This document shows positions 13,766 to 28,515 of a stretch of DNA of 64,000 bases, piece after piece. Below the pieces are notes generated by a model. That model did not search any database and was not told the origin of the DNA. It was given only the letters and a program-made list of their open reading frames with translations. Numbering within the stretch: the stretch's first letter is position 1; each line of letters begins with the position of its first letter. Made by a program: the position numbers and the translations under genes. Origin of the DNA: the human T2T-CHM13v2.0 reference genome, Homo sapiens; assembly GCF_009914755.1 (NCBI RefSeq), contig NC_060927.1; one strand, written 5' to 3'.

Positions 13766-14188
13766 GGTTATTTAGAATTACATAATTTTATTGTGAAATC
13801 TTTTTTAGCAATTACTTCAGTATTATTCGTGGTATATAAAAATAAGTATGCATAAATGCACAAACACATACATTCAGTCTATATGTGTTAGCAATACAAT
13901 ACAATAATTAGCAGTACCATAATTGCTAATAGGTTAGCAATACAATAATTTGTACCATAGAGTGTTCACAGTGTTATACAAGGTTGTCTTTAGGGGTCTT
14001 AAAATGTTATAACTACATTTGAACAAAAATGTACATTGACTTCAAAATTCTTCCTTTTTGTTTATAAATCTAAATAAATATCCTGTTATGAGCCTATGGA
14101 GAAAAACCTTAGGATATTTACTCAACTAAAGATTGGTCAGAAAAAGTACTCCAGGATCTTTGGGGGAAAAAAATGTAATAGAAAAATC
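13766..14188 (-). ncRNA. Candidate terminal exon of a minus-strand non-coding transcript
   Basis: Acceptor ctctgcttacttttctttcAG|G (AG at 14190-14189). AATAAA at 13792-13787, followed after 21 nt by a genomic A17 (T-run 13749-13765). Inferred from signals only. Confidence 0.3.
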
Positions 14189-14371
14189 CTGAAAGAAAAG
14201 TAAGCAGAGTTCACCCTTGGTGTTGAGGGTTGACAGGTTAACCACCTCTGACTGGGCAGCAAGGACTTTGTGGAGATAATTAAAGCAACTCAGCAAAGTT
14301 TCTTGGTGAATGGCATGACCACTGTGCATATCTTTTAGAATGTGGCTCAAAGCTCTACCAGCTACTCTCAC

Positions 14372-14477
14372 CTGCTATTCTCACAGCTTTCCAACAGTTA
14401 TGGTACAATAGGCATTAGCTCTTTAATATAAATTTATACCAAATCACAACTTCTATTCAGCAAGGAGAGTTGCCCTA
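14372..14477 (-). ncRNA. Candidate internal non-coding exon
   Basis: Acceptor gttccctttcttttgttttAG|TAG (NAGNAG) and donor CAG|GTGAGA. Stops in all three frames. Confidence 0.38.
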
Positions 14478-14850
14478 CTAAAACAAAAGAAAGGGAACAT
14501 AAAATTTCTAACCAATTATATTAATCAAATGCCACTATTTGTGCCACATATTTGTATATTTATTTGCTTTCCAAAACAATGAAGGTCTAGGAGAGCAAAA
14601 CAACTATTGAAAACAGCCTATGGCTTTCTTAGTTGATTGATGTCAGTCTTTGATAATATACAGTTGAACAATATGCTGCTGTTTGCCGATGTATCTGCTA
14701 TCATGATAAAGATAAAAATTTATTTCAAAATTGATAAATTCATTGTGGAGTTTCCATTGGCTATATCTCAAGCAAGAAGTACTTAAGTAGTTTTATTATT
14801 AGTTAGTACAGGCATTCATACAATAAAAGAAAAAGCTGCTGAGACAATCA

Positions 14851-15206
<356 letters not shown>

Positions 15207-15911
15207 AGAAACTGATTGAGCAAAGAAATGTCACCTATATATGTTTTTAAATCTTAGGACAAATATCTGTAGTTAATGTAATTACTTTCTATTAAAACAT
15301 AAGCACTCATGCATATATATACAGTAAATGCTTGGCATGCATGAAGGTTATATTTCTGATTACAGTCTCAAATCTATGAAGACCATTGTTAAAAATTATA
15401 TTATTTTCAGTATGACATAAAGTTTAACTGAACATTTTAAGTGATTCTTTTAGATAATTAAATGTTACATAGATGTAGAACTAAAATTATAAATATCATG
15501 CAAGCATTCTTTCTTCTTTTCAAATTTCATTTGTTTTTTTAATTAACTAAAAAAATAGTGATTTTTGAAGTAAAAGGCAGTCTTACAAATTTCAGTCTTT
15601 TTCTCACTCTCTCTCTCTTTTGTTGGTATATAAAATGTATGAAAAATTTGTCATTTCCATATCAGAGCAATGGTAAATTCAATATTCTTTTTTATATTCC
15701 TAAAACTTCTCTCATCTAAATAAAAACTCTTTTTATTTCTTTAAGATTTCTTCACTTTTAAATACAGGAAAAGTGGTGTTTTCTTTTGGGGGGTCCATAT
15801 TCCCACAAAATCATAAGATTTTACCACTACACGTTACTATACACAGAACAAGTGAAATAAAAGAGCCAGGCTGAGCTGCATATGCTAGAAAAGTCAGCTA
15901 GGATTACTCAC

Positions 15912-16058
15912 CACAAACTTATTCTCATAAATAAGCCCATAATGGGGGAGACTAAGTTTTTTCCAGGACGATTACAAACTATCACGGGTCACGGAGGTTC
16001 AGCCTGCATCTTGGGGAGCCAAATGTTTCATTAAGCCCGATCAAAGGATCTACTATAT
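15912..16058 (-). ncRNA. Candidate internal non-coding exon
   Basis: Acceptor ctctgttcctcattattatAG and strong donor GTG|GTGAGT. Several retained CpGs in otherwise CpG-poor DNA. Stops in all frames. Confidence 0.3.
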
Positions 16059-18243
16059 CTATAATAATGAGGAACAGAGCTACCAGGGGTAGTTGAAAGG
16101 CAATTGCTATCTCAGCAGTTCACTTTTACAATGGGTAGTAACTGTATTCCCAGGGAGAGAGAAGAAATATAAGATTCCATATGATATACCAACTTTCTAA
16201 CCATCCTGACTCTTCTCGGTTTTTGTGTTTGCTTTCTAGTATTAAATCGCTTTTGTATAATGGTAGTTTTCACACAGCTTTTCAGAATTAGGCTTCCAAC
16301 ACAAATATAAAAGTTAAAAAAAAAATAAATGTATTTAATTGCTGGTGAAAATCCCAAGTTATTATTCAGGAGGAGCAGGAAAAACAAGCCTTGATTTAAA
16401 TTGTTTTTTTGTTTTCTTCAATATAGAAATATATTTTCTTCTGTCTCCTGACCCATTTCTAAGTATAGCATTTTAAAATTTCCTGTCTCAATATTATCCT
16501 AATCAGCCCACTGAAAACTAATTCTAATAGGCTTCACAGAGTGCCTCTGATTATCAAGGTGAAACAAGGATCAGATTCTTTATCTTTAATTAATAGTTAA
16601 ATTGCCACCTTCTGAAGAGGAGGGCTGGAGGAATTACTGCAATCTGGTCTGCCAATCAAAATTTAAGAAAATGGGGAAGGTTGATGCTCAGCAGTTGAAT
16701 TTTGCAAACAAAGCAAAGCTTAGATGCATTAGTTTCCTCTCTCATTAAATGAACAAACAAACAAAAGGATTGGATTAAATAAAAGAGTTAGGATTACTGG
16801 GTATAAATTAGAGAAGGAAAACTAAGAAATGAAGATGCACATTTAGTCTAGAACACTAATATCTAATTATTGGTTCATTGTAACAATTTAGACGAATGAA
16901 TTTTGAGGATTTCTCCAATTGGAATTCACTGTAGAATTTTCCAGAAGTTTATCCATTCTTTTCCAGTTATTTCTAAACATTTTGGGTGAAGTTAATATTG
17001 CTTCTAAAGCAGAGTTCAAATCTCTAAATGTAGTTATTCCATTAACTGAGACGTGTTTATGCAACAAAATATATGTATAGGCTATACATAAAAAAGAGTT
17101 CAGAGGTAGCTTAAGAGTCATTTCTTCTACTTCATGAAATATTTCTTCAGCTCCTGATGAGAAAAGGCCACCCTGTGTTAATTGCTAGCAGAGCTTTTCC
17201 TTCTTCACTCTTTTCCTCCTTGGTCTTTCTTTTCAGCACAGCCTTCCCCATACTCCTTTCTTGCTGCCTTTCACCTCTCCAAACAGTTTTCTGATTGCAA
17301 CCACACTCGATTTAAGAAAAACTGAAAAAAAACACTAAAACCTTCAGGTCTAATTCTGCACAGAAGATACAACTTAACAAGGAGACAGATGAAAGGAAAC
17401 CAGAAAAAGCTGGGAAATAAAGCAAGGCACAACACAGGAGCAGGTCGGGACTTAGACACAGAAAAAAATGCAGTTCACATGAACTTGGGAAAAAACCTTC
17501 TACTTTCAAAAATAAATTTTCCTTTGAAAAAATTCTATATAAAACTTTTTTTGTTTCTTTTATCTCATAGCTCTTCAGTGAATCTGAAATATTCCCTCGA
17601 GAGAGATGGAAAAAAAATTCATGTTTTATTCCACATTAGGAGTTAAACTGAAAAATATAATTCTTCCTACTCTTCAAACTGTAGTGTAGCTGAAAATTAT
17701 TTTCTTACTAAATCTCACTAGGTGATGAGGAGCACATTTATTGTTTAATTGCACATGTTTTCATGTTTGTAAGCAATACTAGCAAAATTGTATGTATAGG
17801 ATGTTGATTTAGGTGAAGTTTTAGACCACTGAAACAAACTGTTTAAATAAAATTTTTATACTTTCACAAAAGCAAAGCATTTGGAACCTGGCATAAAGAT
17901 ACTGAAGTCAGTTCCTCTAATTAAAATACTTTTACTAACCTGTATGCAAGGTCATTCCTGATTTGGCCATTCATCATCTTATCATTTGCTACCTTACTCC
18001 TTTCCAATACAACTCACTCTTTTCTTTTTATTAGATTGACCTATTTGCCTTAGTGTAACTATGAGTGTACCCTTTCGATTATCAACTTGTTCCTTTGTTA
18101 TTTGTTCCTTGAGTGACTTTGTCAGCATACTTGCATTTTGTATACATTGTCTTGCCAGTGGGTTAAGAGCTGGCTGAAAAGAAATGACTAAGACATGATT
18201 TCTACCTAAGTAAATGATTGTTTAATGACAGTGCTAAACATGA

Positions 18244-18861
<618 letters not shown>

Positions 18862-19984
18862 TTACTATACAATAAAAAAGTAAGTAAAATACTATCAGAT
18901 TGCAATAAGAGTGAAATTAACTTTTTCTGGAGTACAGGTGGCTAGGAATAAAGCAAGACTCAGAGCAGGTTATATTTAAATGGCTCCTGAAGATGAGGAA
19001 AGGCATGCTAGATGGAGCCTTTAACAAGACTGAGGCATGAACTGGGTATGAGTAGAAGAAATTAGAACACGGCATCACAGACTTCATCATTTTGCTGGAT
19101 GTTCCTTAATGTTATTCTGGAAAATCTATGGGCTCATGGATAGTGTCCTGCAAATGTTGGAAGCCTGTGACATGGCTCAGATATCCACATAGTCTGAAAG
19201 TGATTGTTAAACTGTAATTGTCCAATAGCTTAAAAGTCATGACTCTAAGGCAAATAATATAAACACATGTCAAAATTTTATTTAACTTATTAATTAATAA
19301 GGGTTTCATTAACATTATATATTAATGATAGTATTATTGATTCAAAGAGCATCTGAGAAGCTAGGCTATGTATAGGAGGACAGGGTCATTGAGCAGTTTA
19401 GTAAATTAATTAATGTCCACCATAGCCATGAAATACCATCTCTAGGGTTATGTGTTTCACAGGACAAATTATTTGTATCTGTATGAGACAAAAGTTTACT
19501 AGCTAACCTGTAACTTTTCTACATCTGCGAGTTTAATCAGAGGTAATAGAGAATAAAACTAAGCTTATTAGGTTGATTTAGGTTATTTCCCAAAATGATT
19601 TTCAGTAGTCTTTGCCCTTATATAACACTGAAAACATGTATCATCCATTTTTTTACCTTACTTCCCAGTTTTAGATAATTTTTCAGACACTGTACATAGG
19701 ATTCTGATTTACAGCCAGTATTGGAAATACCTGAACTAAGAGTTTCTATGACTACCAAGCACCAATACAATTCAAATTTCTCATTTTGTTATGGGATGTG
19801 GGTGATATTAGGTGCAGCTTGCTGAGGATGGTTGATGCTGGGATTGCAGTTATGGAGTCATTAAAGTCATGGGCTTCAAGACTGGCAGAAGTGAGAAAAT
19901 GCCTGTGTGGCAAGTACACAAATAGCTAATCCCACTTCTGTCAATTTGCTTTATATAGGATGACAATATATTTTTCTTTTGTTG

Positions 19985-20118
19985 TTGTTTCCCAGTGCAT
20001 ACAAAAGTTATGTTTACATTATACTGTAGTCTATTAAGTGTGCAATAGCATTGTGTCTTAAGAAAACAATGTGCATACCTTATTTTGTTGCTAAAAAATG
20101 CTAATGATCATCTGAGCA
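19985..20118 (-). mobile_element. Tigger1 (TcMar) fragment
   Basis: gtttcccagtgcatacaaaagttatgtttacattatactgtagtctattaagtgtgcaatagc...aatgatcatctgagc matches the recalled Tigger1 subterminal sequence. Confidence 0.85.
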
Positions 20119-20877
20119 GAAAAATCTTATGATTTTTAAATTGATTCGAATAACAAATTATATTGAAATCAGGTTTAAAAGATCGCCTTTTCTGAGATGA
20201 TGAAATTACTTAAAAATTCCTTTCATTTACTAATTTGAAAGGATATTGCTATAAATTACACACACACACACATACACACAAATATGTATCCACCATGGGA
20301 TATAAGTATATATAATTTATAAATGAGGAATTCAACAACATAATTACAGGAGCAAAAACTGATGAAAAGGTCATGTACTTAGCAGTGTGAACCATGGGCA
20401 TTTGAAATTTCCCCTGGCAAATTATCAGACAACTTATTTTAAAGCCCCCAAGGTGACCTTGGATCCTTTGCATCTCTTTCCAAAAGTAACATTGCCAATT
20501 TGTAGGAAGCAATATCTTTCTGAGACATTAAAGAAGAAAAAATGAGACTTAACAAACTACACATCTCCAAATCAGAGCTGCTTCTTATGGCAAAGTTCTG
20601 GTTGAAGGGTAATATAAATTCAAATGTGAACTAATAATCAGAATCTCGAAAATAACTTGGCAGGCACCCAGAATGAACTTTAAAATATATGTAGTTAGGA
20701 AGCTGGAAAACTGATGGCTATATCTTTTCAACTAATGTAAAGTGCAGATTTGTGAAAATCATAGCAATGATTTATACCAGAGAAATGTAATGATCTATTA
20801 AAGAAATCGAAAATAACTTTAGTGTAATTATAGATTACATGAATGAAGAACAAAGCTGGATATACACTGATTCCTTA

Positions 20878-21214
<337 letters not shown>

Positions 21215-24200
21215 TTACATTCTCTGCCGTCTAATTGTTGCAGCCTTCCAATAAGAACAACAGAAGCAGTATTTCATTAAACTTGAAAAATGGGGTTGTA
21301 TCCAACCTATTTGTGATGAAATGGTATCATAGAATGCTCAGTGAAACAGGTTACTCTTCTTGATAGTCGAGATGCGCTGTCTAACCTACTTCCCACTCAG
21401 GAACACACAGCTGAATCCTTTGACTATACAAGAGGGAACATAGAGGCAGTTGAAGAAGGAACTTTGATTTGCCCTGATGTTCATTTAGCCACATGTGGGC
21501 ACTGAACCTGGGAAGGTGACGTGACATGGAGGAGGAGTACTGGCAGGGGATGGAGGGAGAAGAGTCTGTCCTGTGCAGGACCTTACAAACTGATGAAGTC
21601 AAACTGGATGTTGCCCAAGAAAACTTCAAAGGCCAGATAGGCAAATATCACTTGTTTTTTTGTACCAAATGGAAGAAGACAAGTCCCCTTCTTCAATGGC
21701 ACCGAATACCAGGAGTAGAAAATATGTTTACGTAAATAGTGGTTGAGAGCAGGAAGAAAAAGAAACAAGAAATGACAAGCTTCACAACTTCCCCTTTCTT
21801 GAGACTGGCCACGACTCAAAAATGCAGAGGCCCTCCTAAGAGGTGGAGTTGAAACAAAAAGGAAAATAGTCATTAGGAAAGAAAATTCTGAGACTGAGAT
21901 TACAAATTAGACAGTATCGATGATTTTTACTAAAAGAATTAGAGCGTACAATTGCTAGGCTGAATTTACTGACATAAGAAAATAATCCATTTGTAGCAGA
22001 AGGAAGATGGCAAATATGCAGTTCCCACTTGACTCCTCCTCCAAACACACATCTCCACTGGAGAACTCAAAAATCCAGATTACGAGAGAAGGATTTAACC
22101 TTAAACCCTATCGAGAGCTGAAATGAATTTAGTGTGAAATATAAAGGTAGAAGCAGCAGTGGGAAGAGCCTTCTAGGCACTTGCATTCGCCAGCTGGAGC
22201 TCAGGGAAGCCATCCCTGACTATATCATACAGAGGGACTCTTGGAGAAGGCCACTGTCAGAATTTGGGAGGGGTCACAAGGTGAAAGGAGCTTCCAAATG
22301 AACTTTGTAATGATTTTCACTGGGTGTAAACTTTCGGGCAGAATAGAGAGACGAACAGGAACTGCTGCAGAAAGGAGAGCAGGAGCCCCAGAAAGTGTGG
22401 GAAGACAGGAAGGGGCATGGCCTGGAAGCCATGCTTGCTTGTTTCTTAAGGAAACGTATAGCCTGGGGCTAGGTCGGAGTCCAAGGCACAAGCTGCCTGG
22501 AGATAAGCTCTACGCATGGCTAGAGCTAGACCAGCCTCACCAACTATGTGGGAGCTGGATGAGGCCTATCACTACTGCTTTCCCCCACTTTCTTGACAAC
22601 AAACGCACCACAAAACCCTATGGAACATAACCCAGTTGGCCCCAGAACTATGCTCACATCCCCAACAGTGGCTGCAGCAAATACCGTCAAAGGACAGTCT
22701 GAGCCCAGACTCACCTAACACTTCCCCGACTTGTTGGTATTTCTCTCCCCACCCCAGTAGCCATTCACAAAAGACATAAACTCTTGGGGATTTAATGATA
22801 CCACCCTTGCCTGAGAAACCCAACACTTATCCTGGCCAACTTAGGGCAAACTTATATCCTGCTTCTACTATTGCAGCTACTGCTCTCTTGAAAGCACCAC
22901 CTCCTGGCAGAAGGCCAACCAACTCAAGATATTATAGCAGTTCGTGACAGAATAACCATGCTCCAAGGAAGGAGGAAACAGCTAGTTCCACTGCTTCCAA
23001 CATCCTGGCTAACAAGTGGTCATGAATCTGTCCACGTGACAACTTCATTGCTAGCATAACCAGCATTCCAGAAAGCCAGCACACTAAACATAGCTACAAC
23101 CAAGGATTCTACCAGAGTCTACTTCACTCCCTTACCATCTCCACCACAGCAGGTGCTGGTATCCATGGCTGGGAGACCTGAAGACAGATCACATCACAGG
23201 ACTCTTTGCAGACACGTCCCAGCATTATCCCAGAGCCCAGTAGCTTCACTGGTTGGATAGACCCAAAAGAGCAATAACAATCATTGCAGTCTGGCTCACA
23301 GGAAGCCCCATCCCTAGGGAAAGGGAGAGTGCACCACATCAAGGGACCACCCTGTGGAACAAAAGAGTCTAAACAGCAGCTCTTGAGTTCCAGGTTTTTC
23401 CACTGAAATAGTTTACTTAAATGACAGGAAACCAGAAAAGTAATTCTTGTAATATGACAAAACAGGGTAGTCTAACACCCCCAAAAGATCACACTAGGTC
23501 CAAAGCAGTGGATCCAAACCAAGAAGAAATCTCTGAATTGCCAGATAAAGAATTCAAAGGTTGATTATTAAGTTACTCAAGGAGATACCAGAGAAAGGTC
23601 AAAACTAACTTAAAGAAATTTTAAGAACAATAGAAGATGTGGATTAAAAATAATCCAGAGAAATAGATATCATAAAGAAAAACAATCACAACTTCTGGAA
23701 GTGAAAGACACATTTAGAGAAACATAAAATGCACTGGAAGGTTTCAACAAAAGAATCAAATGAGTAGAAGAAAGAACACAGAGCTCAAAGACAAGGCTTT
23801 CAAATTAACCTAATCCAACAAAGATAAATAAAAAAGTATTAAAAAATAAAAAGAACAAAGGCTCCAAGAAATTTGGGATTGTGTTAAATAGCCAAATCAA
23901 AAAATAATTGGTGTTCCTGAGGAATAAGAGAAATCAAAAAGTTTGGAAAACATATCTGAGGGAATAATCAAACTTCCCTGGCCTCACTAGAGATCTAGGC
24001 ATCCAAATACAAGAAGCTCAAAGAACATCTGGGAGATTCATAGCAAAAACTTCATAAGCCAGGCACATAGTCAGGAGGAAGGAAAGAATCTTAAGAGCTG
24101 TTTGGCAAAAGCATCAGGTAACCTATGAAAGAAAATGTATGAGAATGATTGCAGATTTCTCAGCAGAAACTATGTAAGCCAGAAGGGATTGGGGTCCTAT

Positions 24201-26764
24201 CTTTAGCCTCCTCAAACAAAATAATTGCCAGCCAAAAAAATTTTTATCCAGCAAAACTAAGCTTTATAGATGAGGGGGAGATAAAGTCTTTTTCAGACAA
24301 ACAAATGCTGAGAGAATTTACCACTACCAAGCCAGCACTACAAGAAATGCCAAAAGAAGTCCTAAATCTTGAAACAAAACCTCAAATGTACAGCAAGATA
24401 AAACTTCCTTAAACATATATCTCACAGGACCTATAAAACAATAACACAATGAAACATAATCAAGGTATTCAGGCAACAACTAGCACAATGAATAAAGCAT
24501 TACCTCACATCTCAATAATAATGTTGAATGCAAATGGCCTAAATGCCCCACTTAAAAGATAGAAAATGGCAGAATGGATAAACATTCACCAACCAAGTAT
24601 CTGCTGTCTTCAAGACACTCACCTAACACATAAAGACTCACATAAAGTTAAGGTAAAGGGATGGAAAGGGATATTCCAGGCAAAATGAAAACCAAAAGTG
24701 AGCAGGAGTAGCTATTCTTATATCAGACAATAAAGACTTTAAAACATCAACAGTTTAAAAAGACAAAGAGTGACATTATATTATGATAAAAAGATAAGTC
24801 CAACAGGAAAATATCACAATCCTAAATATATATGGACCTAACATGGGAGCTCCCAAATTTATAAAACAATTATTACTAGACATAAATAATGAGACAAATG
24901 GCAACTCAATAATAGTGGGTTCTACAGTACTCCACTGACAGCACTAGACACGTCATCAAGACAAAGTAAACAAAGAAACAATGAGCTTAAACTATACCCT
25001 ACAACAAATGGGCTTAATAGATATTTACAAAACAATTGCAGAATACACATTCTTTTCATCAGCACAGGGAACACTTTCCAAGATAGATCATATGATAGAC
25101 CACAAAACAAGTGTCAATAAATACAAGAAAATCAAAATTATATCAAGTACCATCTCAGTCCATAGTGGAATGAAATAGGAAGTTAACTCCACAAAGAACC
25201 CTTGAAACTACAGAAAACATGAAAAATAATCTGCTTCTGCATGATCTTTGGGTCAACAATGGAATCAAGATGGAAATTAAAAAATTCTTTGAACTGAAGG
25301 ATAATAGTGACAAAACTTATGAAAACCCCTGGGATAGAGACAAAGAGGTGCTAAGAGGAAAGTTCATAGCATTAAATGCCTACATCAAAAAGTCTAAAAG
25401 AGCACAAATAGACAATCTAAGGTAATGCCTCAAGGAACTAGAGAAACAAGAACAAACCAAACCCAAATCCAGCAGAAGAAAACACATAACAAAGATCAAA
25501 GCATAACTAACTGAAATTGAAACAAAAGAAAAACAATACAAAAGATAAATGAAACAAAAAGCTGGTTTTTTGAAAAGATAAACAATATTGATAGACCATT
25601 AGCAAGATTAACCAAGGAAAGAAGAGAGAAGATCCAAATAGCTCAATTAGAAACAAAATGGGAGATATTACAACAAATACCACAGAAATACAAAAGATCA
25701 TTCAAGGCTTTTATGAACACCTTTACATGCACAAACTAGAAAATCTAGAGAAGATGGATAAATTCCTGGACATATACAACCCTTTCAAGATTAAGGAAGA
25801 AATAGAAACTTTGAATAGACCAACAACAAGCAGCGAGATTGAAACAGAAATTTAAAAATTGCCAACAAATAAAAAAGTCCAGGACCAAGTGGATTCACAG
25901 ATGAATTCTATCAGGCCTTCAAAGAATTGGTATGAATCTTACTGAAACTATTCCAAAAGATAGAGAAGTAGGGAATTCTCCCCAAATCATTCTATGAAGC
26001 CAGTATCACTGTATTACCAAAACCAGGAAAGGACATAACAATAAAAGAAAATTACAGACCAATATGCCTGATGAACATAGATGCAAAAATCCTCAGCATA
26101 ATACTAGCTAACTGAATCAAACAGCATATCAAAAAGATAATTCACCGTGATCAAGTGGGTTTTATACCAGGGATGCAGAGATGGTTTAACACATGCAAGT
26201 CAATAAATGTGATATACTACATAAAGAGAATTAAAAATTTTATGATCATCCAAATAGTTGCAGAAAAGCATTTGACAAAATTCAGCATCCCTTTATGATT
26301 AAAACTCTCAGCAAAATCAGCATAGAAGAGACATACCTCAAGGTAATAAAAGTCATCTATGAAAAACCCACAGTCAGCATTGTACTAAATGGAGAAAAGT
26401 TGAAAGTTGAATTGGAACAAGACAAGGATGTCCACTTTCACCATTTCTATTCAAGATAGTATGGGAAATCCTAGCCAGAGAAATCAGACAAGAGAAAGAA
26501 ATAAAATGCATCCAAATCCAAAGAGAAAGTCAAACTGTTGCTGTTTGCCAATGATTAATCGTATACCTGGAAAACCCTACTTGTCCAAAAAAACTCCTAG
26601 ATCTGATAAACAAATTCAGTAAAGTTTCAGAAAACAAAATCAATGTACACAAATCAGTAGCACTACTATACACCAATAGCAACCAGGCTGAGAATAAAAT
26701 TAAAAACTCAACCCTTTTTACAACAGCTGCAAAAAATAAAACAAAATACTTAGGAATATACCCA

Positions 26765-27097
26765 GTCAGCCCCCCAAACTTTCAGGGACATGTATGAAGC
26801 TGGAAACCATCATTCTCAGCAAACTAACACAAGAACAGAAAACCAAACACCACATGTTCTCACTCATAAGTGGGAGTTGAACAATGAGAACACATGGACA
26901 CAGGGAGGGGAAAAACATACACCAGGACCTGTCAGGGGGTGGGGAGGTAGGGGAGGGATAGCATTAGGAGAAATACCTAATGTAGATGATGAGTTGATGG
27001 TTGCAGCAAACCACCATGGCACGTGTATACCTACGTAACAAAACTGCACGTTCTGCACATGTAACCCATAACTTCAAGTATATATTTTTTTTTAAAA
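26765..27097 (+). mobile_element. 5'-truncated L1PA (PA6-PA8-like) 3' end nested in L1PB ORF2
   Basis: L1PA 3' UTR (gcattaggagaaatacctaatgtagatga...gcaaaccaccatggcacgtg). TSD AGGAATATACC(C/T)A at 26752-26764 and 27098-27110. Confidence 0.93.
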
Positions 27098-28450
27098 AGG
27101 AATATACCTAACCAGGAGGTGAAAGATCCCTGCAAGGAAAACTAAAAAACACTACTGAAAGAAATCATAATGATGCAAACAAATGGAAACACATCCCATG
27201 CTCATGGATGGGTAGAATCAATAGTGTGAAAATAACCATACTGCCCACAGCATTCTATAAATTCAATGCATTTCCCATCAAAATATGGTCATCATTATTC
27301 ACAGAAGTAGAAAAAACAATCTTAAAATTCATATGGAACAAAAAAGAGCCCTCATAGCCAAAGAAAGACTAAGCCAAAAGAACAAATATGGAGGCATCAT
27401 GTTACCCCACTTCCAACTATAGGACAAGCCTATAGTTATCAAAACATCATAGTACTGGCATAAAAATAGGCATGTAAACCAATGGAACAGAATAGAGAAC
27501 CCAGAAATAAATCCAAATACTTATAGCCAACTGATCTTTAACAAGGCATACAAAAACGTAAAGTGGGGAAAAGATACCCGATTCAACAAATGGTGCTGAG
27601 ATAATTGGCAAGCCACATGTAGAAGAATGAAGCTGCATCCTCATCTCTCACCTTATGCAAAAATCTACTCAAGATGGATCAAAAACTTAAATTTAAGACC
27701 TGAAACCTAAAAAATCTAGAAGATAACTTTGGAAAAACTCTTCTAGACATTGGCTTAGGCAAAGAGTTTATGACGAAGAACCCAAAAGCAAATGCAACAA
27801 AATCAAAGATAAATAGATGAGATTTAATTAAACTAAAATGCTTCTGTACAGCAAAAGAAATAATCAGCACAGTAAACAGACAACCCACAGAGTGGGAGAA
27901 AATATTCACAAACTGTGCATCCGACATAGAACTGATATACAGAATCTATAAGGAACTCAAGCAAATCAGCAAGTAAAAACAAATAATCCCATCAAAAATT
28001 ACGCTAAGGTCATGAATAGACAATTCTCAAAGGAAGATATACAAATGGCCAACAAACATATGAAAAAATGTGCAACATCACTAATGATCAGGGAAATGCA
28101 AATCAGAACCACAATGTGATGCTACTTTACTCCTGCAAGAATGACCAAAATCAAAAAATAATAGATGTTGGCATGGATGTGGTGAAAAGGGAGCACTTGG
28201 ACACTGCTGGTGGGAATGTAAACTTGTACAACCACTATGAAAAACAGTATGAAGATTCCTTATAGAACTAAAAGTAGAACTACCATTTGATTCAGCAATC
28301 CTACTACTGGGTATCTACCCAGAGGAAAAGAAGTCATTATATGAAAAACAGACTTGCACATGCATGTTTATAGCAGCACAATTCACAATTGCAAAAATAA
28401 AAAAATCAGCCTAAATGCCCATCAACCAATGAATGAGGAGATAAAAAAAG

Positions 28451-28451
<1 letters not shown>

Positions 28452-28512
<61 letters not shown>
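28452..28512. repeat. (TA)~30 microsatellite within the L1PB
   Basis: Seen directly in the sequence. Confidence 0.97.

Positions 28513-28515
<3 letters not shown>

Noticed and set aside
13749-13900. AATAAA plus A17 on the minus strand as the tail of a processed pseudogene
   Set aside because: I found no TSD and no recognisable parent mRNA or ORF. It is kept only as a possible genomic polyA site; a BLAT search for a paralogous 3' UTR would settle it.
14126-14371. 81-aa minus-strand ORF
   Set aside because: It starts at a GTG that is the candidate splice donor and has no recognisable homology.
16888-17121. 77-aa protein-looking minus-strand ORF
   Set aside because: No convincing splice sites and no recognisable domain; the length is compatible with chance.
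21526-21735. 69-aa acidic ORF with a possible internal acceptor (cctgtgcag)
   Set aside because: No GT donor at a plausible position and no recognisable family.
22241-22630. 129-aa ORF in GC-richer DNA
   Set aside because: It lies within the L1PB 5' UTR, has a non-ATG start and shows no domain.
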